Positions 36,532-47,017 of a stretch of 64,000 bases of DNA are shown piece by piece. The DNA is from Nitrospirales bacterium. Its GTDB lineage: Bacteria; Nitrospirota; Nitrospiria; Nitrospirales; UBA8639. The stretch covers positions 96,001 through 160,000 of the forward strand of contig CBDBCZ010000018.1 of the NCBI GenBank assembly GCA_965203295.1, read 5' to 3'. Numbering within the stretch: the first letter of the stretch is position 1; the number at the start of each line of letters is the position of its first letter. Position numbers and translations under genes: made by a program. Under the pieces are notes generated by a model. That model was not told the origin of the DNA. It did no database searches and was given only the letters and a program-made list of their open reading frames with translations.

Positions 36532-36745
36532 ACGGCAGACTAGTACAGGCTGGGGCCACGTGCAGCAGACTAGTGCGGGATGGGGCCTCGTGCAGCAGAC
36601 TAGTGCGGGCTGGGGCCTCGTGCAGCAGACTAGTGCGGGCTGGGGCCTCATGCAGCAGACTAGTGCGGGCTGGGGCCTCGTGCAGCAGACTAGTGTGGGC
36701 TGGGGCCTCATGCAACAGACTAGTGCGGGCTGGGGCCTCATGCGG
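36532..36745. repeat. 30-bp minisatellite, ~7 copies
   Basis: (TGCAGCAGACTAGTGCGGGCTGGGGCCTCR)n. Confidence 0.95.
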
Positions 36746-37329
36746 GCTGGGACCTCCAGCCCTGGCTGGGCCTGACGCAGCAAGCACGCTTCCGGCTGCT
36801 GGCTTGGTGTCATGCGGCTGGCTGGCCCTCCTGTGGCGGGTAGGGCCCGTGCTTCCCGCTGGAATTCATGCGGCCGTCTGGGCGTCATGCTGCTGGCTGG
36901 CCCTTGCCGGGCTTCCTGCAACTGGCTAGGCTCGATGCGGCTCGGGCAGTTAGCTGGCTCTCATGCTGTTGGCAGGCAGAGGCACGAAAGCGGCTGCTGC
37001 CCTAGTGTATGGTGAAGCCGACAGACAGTTTTGACTGTCCCATCTTAATATTGGCAAGCTCGGCGAGGTAACATGCGGCTGTGTGTACCCGGGTCGAGTA
37101 AATGGCGGCGGCGTGCAACTCTCACCTGGCCCTTGTGGCTGCGTAGCTTCCCCGAGTGGGGTAGGATGCGACGAAGAATCCATCTTGAACGGGCTCGCTT
37201 GCCAAGAGTAACTTTCGGTTTGATAATGAAGAGGAACACCACCCCAGACCCAGCAACCCTGGAGGCCCCCAATGAGCCAGGCCTACCCACCACAAGCCAC
37301 AGGCCCCTACAGGGCACCGCAGGGCTTCT

Positions 37330-37460
37330 CTGACAAAACCCTGTGCGGTCTCTTCAACTCAACAGAGGGAAAAATATGCCACTTATGGCGAAGCTTGCAA
37401 GTTCGATCATCGCTGCCGCCTCTGTGGGGGCCCGTATCCCGCTTCCTCCTGCTACCAGCC
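37330..37460 (+). pseudogene. Possible DIRS/Ngaro-like gag zinc-finger remnant
   Basis: Across a frameshift reads LCGLFN...C.YGEACKFDHRCRLCGGPYPASSC. Confidence 0.4.
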
Positions 37461-37649
37461 CCAATGTCAAAGGGGGGCCCTTCGTGGGAAAAGGCTGGCC
37501 GGGGCCACCAAAAGGAAGAAAATACTAGTAGCTATGTACGAGTAATAGCCAGGACAAAAAAGAAACAGTCTAGGCGTTATATCACGGCAGTATGTTAATT
37601 GAGTTGTATTCATGGGACATTGTGTTGATCAAAACTAACGACAACAACC

Positions 37650-37879
37650 AAAAAGGGTTTGATATACTGCAGGATCTGTGTCGTGGTCAACCAGCAGCGC
37701 ATGCCACAAGGCAAAGAGTGCCTTACACTGCAGATAAAGTGGAAACTATTGAATTGTACTTTGAAGGGCACATTGCTTCTGGTGACGTACCGCACGCTCA
37801 TGAGTGCCAAGAGTTTTTGAGGGATCATCCCATGGACAGAGACCACAAACAGATACGAGACAAAGTGACATGTCGCTAA
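37650..37879 (+). pseudogene. YR-Myb C-terminal fragment (copy 4)
   Basis: KGFDILQDL..RVPYT..FEGHIASGDVP..DRDHKQIRDKV, close to copies 1 and 6. Confidence 0.75.
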
Positions 37880-38414
37880 AGACTGAAGTGTGACTGAACT
37901 GTACCGAGTGACCTACTGTTTGTTACCCTATGCTTGAACTGCTGCTTATTATTTCAATTGATTCCTGCATTGTCATCCAAACATCTTAGCTGTTTATATC
38001 CATCAGCAACAATTGTACTACATTCATCCACCCTACACTCTCAATTCTTAGTAAAAAAATAGCAATACCTAACACTAACACTAAATATGACATGGGTCAG
38101 TTTCCTACTTCTGTACATTCCGAGCTTTCTCCATTCATTTCCATCCATATAACATCAGTGTCTTCTATACCAGAAGTGATTGAATGGAATTTCTTCACCA
38201 GTGAATGCATGCATTCAGTGAGGAGAGGTATATTATAAGTTTCAACCAGGTTAACATTATCAATTAATTCAAAAACATCAGAAGTACAGGCAAAGGTAGC
38301 TGCAAAGGTAGCTGAAAAGGAGAGGCAGCATCCACGGGCTGCTGTAGTGGAGTCACAGGGACGCCAATCCCACCATTTAGGAAGTTTGACAACGATCACA
38401 AGGAACTGCAGAAA

Positions 38415-39137
38415 TTCCAGCACAAGACAGCCAGACAGGGTCCTGCAAGTATTACTCTGACAGCGCAGGACCACTACCTTTTGAACAAGTACGTGCAGCA
38501 CATTCAGCCACTCTGTAACCCCAGCTCTGAGCACCTGTTCGTGAGTGAGAAAGGTCACCCCATTGTAAAGCTCAATGATACCATTCAATGGCTTGGCGGT
38601 AAATATGGGGTGGCCACACCAACATGCACACGGCTGAGGAAGACTGGGGCCACGGAGGCAGCACTTCAGTGTGACGAGCCCACACGCCACCTGATATGTC
38701 CACATGTCTCACTCACAGGTGGTGCACGACCACCACTATGAGCAAATACGTGGCGGTAAAGAGGTCCTGAGGCTCATGCTATCCGCCAAAAGCTTGCTAA
38801 GGTCGCTGAAAGCTCAAGCAGCATCACTAGTTATTCTGACGGTGACCAGGAACAATTAAAGCCACCTAAGAAACCAAAATTACAACAGAAACCAAAATCG
38901 TTAAAGAAGTCAAAGCTTCCAAAAAAGCAAATGTCTCCAAAGAAAAAGCAAACACGCACTGCTTATACGGATGAGGAGGTGAGGGTGCTGAAGTGCTTTT
39001 TTAGAGAAAACATTCAGACCGGAAGGCCAGCTCGACCACAGGATGCAAGAGCCTTCCTGCAGTAGCATCCAATGCCCCGTACATACAAACAGGTGCAGGA
39101 CAAAGTCCGCCAGCTCCTAAAAAAAACTTCCCCTTAA
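38415..39137 (+). pseudogene. YR-Myb gene copy 5 (C-terminal half)
   Basis: QHKTARQGPA, PTCTRLRK, HMSHS..HY; tail RTAYTDEE...RTYKQVQDKVRQL; frameshifts and a stop. Confidence 0.78.
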
Positions 39138-39406
39138 CTTATCTATACGACTTAAATATTTACTTATTTATACTACACTGACTTATGTAAGTTGAGTTCC
39201 AAGTTACTTTGGAGCAGAGCTTAGATTGTAGCCATGCTGATTCACTATTCGATGCACTGTAAAACAAATACAAGGTTTGAAGTTTGTTCGAAGGCAAGTA
39301 GGCATATCAGTATTCTGCATTTTTAGCTCATTCCAGTCCAAAGGGCACCAGGAGGGATACTAATTCTACAAAGGACAACAAGGAACACCAGGGCATCAAT
39401 ACTATA

Positions 39407-39439
39407 TAACCTAACCCAAACCTAACCCTAACCCTGACC
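39407..39439 (+). repeat. Degenerate telomeric tract
   Basis: TAACCTAACCCAAACCTAACCCTAACCCTGACC. Confidence 0.85.
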
Positions 39440-39690
39440 TGCCAAAGTACCAAAGTTGTATACCTTATTCAATGTCGGCAATGCACGAAGCAATATGTAG
39501 GACAAACAACAAAGCCCCTACACATCCGACTCAACCAACATCTGCATAATATCCGAGGACAAAAGTCCTCCAGAAGCAAACTCTGGTGGCATTTTAAAAA
39601 GGATCACTCAATTGAGGACCTCCAGATTATTCCGCTCCAGCAAGTAGATGAGCTACTCTCACTACTTGCAGCGGAACTAAAAGTGCAACA
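39437..39690 (+). pseudogene. PLE GIY-YIG endonuclease fragment (not in the ORF track)
   Basis: TCQSTKVVYLIQCRQCTKQYVGQTTKPLHIRLNQHLHNIR...LWWHFKKDHSIEDL. Confidence 0.88.
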
Positions 39691-39694
39691 GGTA

Positions 39695-40420
39695 TATAGG
39701 CCCACTTCGAGTAGTAGTCCGTTACAGTCAAAATAAACTCGCTCCCCCTCGGAGTCTCCTTTAGTGGACCAATGAGGTCAATTCCTAGTTGATGCCAAAC
39801 CTGAATGTGGACCACAGAATAGGTGATGAATAACCTAAGTCAATGCAGCGTAATATATAGTCCCATGTACACATACCTTGGGCACAACTGGGATTGGGTG
39901 AAGTGTCCCCGCTGCTTTAGGTTAGGCTTACTCCGTTGGCACCTGTCACATTTCCTGACATACTCTTGGATATCCTCGTACATTCCAGGCCAGTAATATT
40001 TGGGAGCTATTGCACTGTTGAGTCTAGTAATTCCTACAGAAAAGTTGCATGCTCAGTTGATACATATCTTAGAGTTAGCTTCTTCTGTGCTAACGCTTAC
40101 TTAAAAGAAGTGAAATTCCTTAGCACACACTTACCCAGGTGTCCATCTTCATGAATTGTCTGAATGATTCTTCTTTTCTCTTTGGACTCCACAACTAGGC
40201 GTAGAGCGGCCTGCTCATTTGTCTGGTTCTCTGGTTTCTTTTTTCCTTCCTGATTGCCGATGTAGTACAAACGCTCTGTGTTAACAACAAAATTCTTCGC
40301 CTTCCACCTTAGGCTCCGTCTGTAGTTGTCATCTGCACCTATGGGATATTCTCCCTTGGAGATATACTCGAAAACCTCCTTGAACTAAATTTCTCTTCAC
40401 CATCTTCCCACTAGTCACAG
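39695..40420 (-). pseudogene. Ginger/GIN-like integrase remnant with apparent introns
   Basis: YISKGEYP...KAKNFVV..RLYY, IHEDGHLG, and VWHQLGIDLIGPL..LTVTDYYSKW in separate exon-like pieces. Confidence 0.65.
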
Positions 40421-40669
40421 TGCAGCCCTTTCCTCCTCCTTTTGTTGGTTGGAAATGTTGTCAGACACAAAAAACAGTTCAGAACCATCTGATTCAGTGG
40501 CTGCAGTAGTAACGTTGTTGGGGCAACCCACCTCGACAAGTGCAGTACGAATCTCGGAGCTTTTTCAAATTAAGTTTTAATAGTAGTCTTTCGAATATGT
40601 ATTAATAGTAGTCTCTTTGTGAACTGTATTCAACATCAAGTACAAACACAGCCTTTTTATACTTACAAC

Positions 40670-41035
40670 CAAATGATTTAAGCATTAATAATAATTGCAC
40701 GACATCCTTAGAGTAATGTAGCAGGAAAACAGAACTGTAAATATTAACTATACCGCAGAAATAAATGACCGAAGTGGCAATTACTGATAAATCCACTGGA
40801 AATCCTTTTTATATATAAATGATCTAAGCAGTAATAATAATTAATACTGCACAACATCCTTAGGGTAATGTACCAGGAAAACCAAACTGTAAATATTAAC
40901 TATACCGCCAAAAGAAATGACCTAAGTGGCAAATACTGATAAATCCACTGGAAATCCTTTTTATTTCTAAACAATCTAAGCAGTAATAATAATTGCACAA
41001 CATCCTCAGGGAAAAGTAGCAGGACAACCAAATGC
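40670..41035. repeat. ~150-bp AT-rich tandem repeat, ~2.4 copies
   Basis: TAAGCA(T/G)TAATAATAATT recurs near 40679, 40826 and 40977. Confidence 0.85.
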
Positions 41036-41445
41036 TGGCATAATATGCTGATGCCTACTCACGTTAGTGCAGAGATAGAATATAGTATCTCTGGTTAGTG
41101 TGCGGGTATTGTTTCGCGAGACCCACTTCGCGGACGTGTTTCAATATCGGGGGATGTGTTTCGATATCATATTCCGTCCCCAGGGGACATTTTCCCGGGG
41201 GGACGTAATTCGATATGACACCGTGCTACCCTACGTAACTGCACGGTTAATGGATTTTTGCCAATGGCACTGTAAGCAACGTGATGACGTCAATACATCC
41301 GCTACCGAGGCGACGTTAGCTACGTGTATGCCGGATGGCCCGCGTCCCCGACTACGCCGAAAAGTGCAAGACGGAGAACACTATTGGACTATATCAACCA
41401 ATAATATTTCAGTGCCCCTGACTCCATGAATCTTTTTCAACTTAT

Positions 41446-41502
41446 AAACACCTGAAGAAGGCTTATGCTTTCTATAGAAGGCAGCCGAAACCGGTCGTGT
41501 TT
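41446..41502 (+). ncRNA. Type I hammerhead ribozyme
   Basis: AAACAC-CTGAAGA-A-GGCT..(GCTTTC-TATA-GAAGGC)..AGCC-GAAA-CCGG-TC-GTGTTT; 6-bp stem I. Confidence 0.88.
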
Positions 41503-41585
41503 TGTGAAAAGTGTTGAAGTGCATTGAGTTTTGAAGTATTTGAAAGAACTATTGAACATTTGACCGTAAGTGTCACTGTCACTGC

Positions 41586-43151
41586 ATGTCTAGTTTACTG
41601 CATGCAAAACAAGTAATAATGTCTAGAACAAATGCTACTTGGGAAACCAAGTTAGCTAACCTAGGCTTCCAGGACCCCGCTGCCATAACAGCTAGGGTCC
41701 GAGCTAATGCTAAAGCAAATGCTGCAACTCGGTCTTCAAAGACCAACCCCTCAACCACCAAAGTGGTAAAGAGCACAGCTAAAGCTGCAATTGCCCACAG
41801 CAGCTCCAGACCTGTGGACAAGAAAAAAGAGAAAAACCCCTTAAAGGGTAAAGGCAAAAAATCAGCCACCACCTCATTTAGAAAACATACAGTGTCTACA
41901 AGATAACAAGTGGAGTCTCAGTTAACCCACACAAGTGACAAATCACTCTCCCCCACGACCACCGAGTCGACAAACATAAGTAATCACTTTCCACCACAAC
42001 TACTGAGATAGGTGCATCTAACCCCACCCCCAAAACATCAACCCCCGTAAAGGGAACCACCAACCCATTGCCCCTTCCACAAAGAAGCAATAAACCCCAC
42101 AAGGGTATACCCAACCCTAACCCTAATCCCTCCCTCCCCTCCCTTAATAGGAGGACGATGGATCCGGCCATGGAAATGGACGAAGTACTCCTCGGCCTGG
42201 CCCACCCCACCACCGAGCAGGAGGATCCCCTCCCACCCTCGGAACACCAAACACGCCCAGCCCCTCCCAACATGGACGGGAATGAGCCTGGTACATCCAC
42301 GTCGAGAGTAACTACTCCCAGTATCCATTATTCCATCCTACTCTCCGAGGGAGCAGAATCCCCAGAGCCTGCAACTACAAACAAGGCATCTGATGACCTC
42401 CAAAAGGCCAAACATATCATTGCTGAGGGCACAAGCTGCCTCAAGCAGTCACTAATCATAATGACCAAGGCAGACCACCATCGTGGCAATATGAAGACTG
42501 CTGCCACAACAGGGGCGTGCCCAAAAGGCATGCAGACTAATGTCCCCCTGATGGCTTATGCAGCCGATGCGGCCCTAAAAAAGGAGTGGGATAACACCCT
42601 ATCCAAGTGTTCCCAGAAACTCCTTGCCCTCCTCATTAATCACTATGAGGGAATGGTAAGATCGGAGATTAGAACCCAGAAGGACATCCAGGCCCAAATT
42701 CAGCTGGCAATAAACAATGCCAACCTCCCCCCCACCGACACGGAATACCTGCGCCGCCTGTGGAGGGAAGAAATAGATGCGGCGGTGAAAGAAGCCAGCC
42801 AATTCACTACAAACAAACAAGGTCCCAAACAGGACACTCGAAAACGGCAACGAAGCCCCCCACCGAACTTCGAAGCCGCAAGATTGAGGGATGAACTTTA
42901 AAAACTGAAATCTACCATTAATGCCCTCCAGAATCCTAACAAGGATTTTCACCGCCCTGCAATCCTCAGGGGAAGAGGTCGCGGGCGCGGACGACCACGA
43001 CGAGAAGAGCCCGGAGACCCTCCCCCAAGGAGAGGGCGCTCTCAAGGCTATAGCTACACCACGCCTTACGGCGGAAGAAAGCAAAACTAAACAAGAGACT
43101 CACAAAGTCGAACATCAGTAGTCCTAGTATCTATGACAATATAGTCAACTT
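41586..43151 (+). pseudogene. PLE ORF1 (basic N-terminus, helical/coiled-coil-like core, RG-rich end; natural stop 43088-43090) and first codons of the RT ORF
   Basis: ORFs 41586..41906 and 42068..42901. The premature TAA at 42899 is GAA in the 47 kb copy. Truncated at IVNL. Confidence 0.82.
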
Positions 43152-46100
43152 GTGATCACATAAATACTATCTTGGAATATCATGAGGTTGTTGTTACTGA
43201 AGCAATGAATAATTAATGAGATTTCCTCCTGGTATTGGGCATCTGCCTAAAACCTAATAGCACCCTTACTGTGGAATATAGGGTTTTTCTAAAGAAATTA
43301 TATAATAGTCATGTTTAAGTCCTGGTCCTGAACCACTCTGATATACGAATTATTAATAATGGAAGACCACAGGTAACCTTGATTTCTCTAGAAATAAATT
43401 GTGAAATTGTGTTGAATGCCTTAGTGTTTACAGTCCATAAATATTTCTAATAACAGTTTTTGGAGGTTAGGGTCCTCAAGCAAAGTCTAGTAAACTAACA
43501 TACCAAAACTGATGTGAAGAACATGTCTCAAAATGGTCTTATGTTGTCAGAACAAGTATGAACTTGCATTTTCAGAAAACATCAATGTAAATAAAAAACA
43601 ACAAAGGATGCATGGGCGACACCAAAATAAGTTAGTCAAATGCTCCAGCCTCATAAGTTGTACCCTCCCTGTGCTTTCTCTTGTCTTCAAAACCTTTATT
43701 GATGTTCCTTAACTGCTTCTGCGCTTTTCCCCTACCACGGAATGCTTGAGTCTAGCGTGATACAGATGCTTATAGTCTCTGTTACGCAAACCTTTCATGG
43801 CGTACCGTCCACGCTCGAGCCCCATTATTTGCGAGATGTTGGCCAGTGGTTCAGCGCCCTCATTGAAGTTAATGACAGCCAGGCAAACTGCAGTCTCAAC
43901 AATTTTGGGAGTACCACTCTGACTTTTTGGGCACCGATCCCATATTGTTGCATGTAACGATTCATTGCGATTTTGGGTACTTCCTTTTAGGCAACGACGA
44001 AAAAGAGACTCTTCACTCAAGCGATCGAATACTGGTTGAATAACTTTCCCAACAGCTTTCTTTAGGTATGGTGGTGCGATGTGCAGGTGGGGTCTGTCAA
44101 AGAGCATTGGCACGCTGAAACTTACACCACGATGACTCACCCTCAGGGCAATAGTCATGGTCAGGAGTTTCATCGGTGGACCAGCTATGATGTAAGATGG
44201 CCTTCGTTGCTTTTACCATACCCTGCAGGTTGCCTCGTATAGCATTTCCATAGTAGCGTTGAAAGTCGTCACAGAGTTGCTCTGTCAGTCTGCCAGCACC
44301 GCCAATGGTAGCTTCCTTTTACCATGATCTTTCTTGACCTTTCTCAATGCTGACCCCATGCGCTTTTGGACATGTCCCACACAGTCGCTTTTTTCGACCT
44401 TGTATTCAGATCCATAAGGATTGGCTTCACTGACACCTTTGAATGACTTGCTGTCTCTATCTCCGATAAAGGAGAGGTAACGAAGATTGTACTCAAGTGA
44501 TCGTTGCCAAAGAGCAACAGTACCATGAGCTTCCATTGATGGTGAACTCCCAGTGTAGTTAGCCCCACAATGATGCTGATGCTTCTCCCAGAATTGTTGA
44601 AATTTGCTACTTGCGGGATCATCAAATGCATGCAGTCGACAAGATGTGCAAGTCTTGCTAAGGAATTCATAGTCCAATACTTGTCCTGTGAGTTCTGATA
44701 TCACAAACACGACACCAAAAAGGGAAGCAAATCTCTTCGCTGCCAAGTGGCATCACAGGAGACACTAGTATTAATAATTTCCTCAGCCTGACCCAGATCC
44801 TTCTCGAGACGTTTTACCAACATCTAAGCTTTATGCATGCACTCAGAGTATCTCTTCTTCGCAGATTCGTATAGACTTGTCACATGACTTCGAAATGAAA
44901 TAGCAGCAACAGGGGGTGGCATATCCATCATGTAGCAGAATTTTTTGAGACGAGCTCTCCCACACCCAATTTCTCTGGCTGCGAACACTGATCTGCGATT
45001 CACATCCATGAAGGAACCTACCTGCTGTGAAGTGGTAAAGCTAACTCCGTGACTACACACACGGCACACAATATCAAGCCATGAAGAGAGTCCCTTTCGG
45101 CGATCATGATTTTCTTGCAAAGTTAGCACATCACAACAGCACTTAGGACACTTCAGTGTTGCACACACTTCAGCTAGCTGTGTCATGCTGACAAAACGGT
45201 ACCCATAAATTGCTAGGCTACGATCCGATGGTGTACTTTCTGGTGTACTTTCTGCTGACTGATCTGCACTTACGTTCTCAGGATCAGTTTTTTGTATGAG
45301 GCCGAAATTGCACCACATTGGAATATTTAATATTCTAACTCCATTTCACTTTCATCACTGGAGGTTTCAGAAGACAACTCACTTGAGGACTTGCTGTCAA
45401 AGAGCTCTTGTGAGGATTGAGCTTCCTCCTCCAATGAATCAGGGATTGATATTGGTATTGGTATAAGAGGCCCTTCATTTCCTTCCATCACCGAAAAGAA
45501 TCAATCAAAGTTGGTTACATATTTGCACAGGCACACACATTAGGTTATAACGTAGAAAATAGAGTAGAAGGCCATCAAATGTCCTACTCTACTATCCACG
45601 ACGGTAGCCCCGTATTCCATATATTGCCCACCATGATCATAAAATGTCCTGTTCATCAAGCCATTACCTGTGCAATGCTGTATACTGTACACACCACTCA
45701 CGATTATAAAAGGCCTAGGCTGTTTGTGTATTAACGAGTTCAAAGGACAACGAGCAAGATGTGTCCAACATCCAGTGATGCCCAATAGCTTCGTGTTCAA
45801 TGTAAAATTTATTGTTGTACATCGTACACACCGCCCATAATCATAAATGGCCTGTACATCAAGCCATGAAATTGGCTGACACAATTGCTGTTTAAGAAAT
45901 ATACTTTATTGTGGTTCCGTGAAACTACTTACAATACTGAATTATACTGCTTTACCTACGTATACATGCAGCATACATGTACATGTATGGAATGCCCTCG
46001 GGTACATGGATACGTACTGTGGTCTGGTAGTGTGTGACGTAATCAGTCAGCTAGTAGTACCACTATGTAGCCCAGAAACTTACTGGAGCCTTTCTTCTTG

Positions 46101-47017
46101 CAAAGTTGGGTCAAGGTGTGCTGGTTTCCATGAAAGCGCTGCTTCTTCTTTCTACTATACCTTCTAGGCATGTATTCAAGATACAGCTAGTGCACCAAAA
46201 AAAAACAACTAGCAGTGCTAGCATAGATCACATGTAGGCTTGAGTCGATTATGCTTAGCATAAAACGGGAATAATTGCAACAAGGAAGCATTTGAGCATT
46301 ATGCCAGCATAATAGCAACCAAATATATTGTGCGCATGCGCAAACGGTCAGATTGCCATTGCGCAATACTCAGCAGCCTCATGTCATGGCAGAGTCAGAG
46401 CTGTTATCATTGCCGCCTTTTCCGAGTGAAGTGAATGACACTATCGGGCCTGATGTTGGTACTTCAGTCTTTCGGAGATCAACGGCTACTATACCCTTGA
46501 AGACTATATACAAGCCTCTATACAGTTTCAATACAACCATCGTTGATATTTTCCCCATTTTTTGTGTCCATGTGTATTGTGAACCGTTTTTCTACCGTTT
46601 TAAAGCATTTTTTGAGCACTATAGCAAGTAAAGGGAATAATAGCAATGCTATGAAAGAATTCTGGAATAGAATAGTAGCAAAAGATTTGAGCATAATCGA
46701 CTCAAGCCTAATCACATGTGGCAAAAGTAGCATGACATCATAGTTCACTTAAAGGTTACATAATATAGTTGCTCAAGCGGAAAATATGAATTTGTGACAA
46801 GCCAATAACTTCAACACTTGTAAATAGAAAATACACAGCAGAACATTTACGTGCTCTACGTTTTTTATTTTTTTTAGTATTAAGATATTATGTACAGCAT
46901 GTAAAATGCCTTTAGGTGGCTTAAGACTACTTTTTTGATGAAGTATACTTGCAACTGTCTTCTCATGCAAAAATCTCAAATTTGATATTTGGACCAAATT
47001 TTGAAGTATCTACCACC
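43152..47017 (-). mobile_element. Kolobok-like DNA transposon, one terminus retained
   Basis: Terminus TTAA|GGTGGTAGATAC (minus strand) at a TTAA that is uninterrupted in the other PLE copy (~42144). The other end was not found. Confidence 0.6.
43632..45318 (-). pseudogene. DDE transposase of the Mutator-like/Kolobok-Hydra type, fragmented
   Basis: CPKC..CRVC, DVNRRSV, SMEA, FIGDRDSK, DCVGHVQKRMG, TQNRNESLHATIW, C-terminal YEAGAFD*. Confidence 0.8.

Noticed and set aside
36448..36929. Repetitive ORFs and a CRISPR-like look of the 30-bp array
   Set aside because: Head-to-tail minisatellite with no unique spacers, no cas genes, eukaryotic context.
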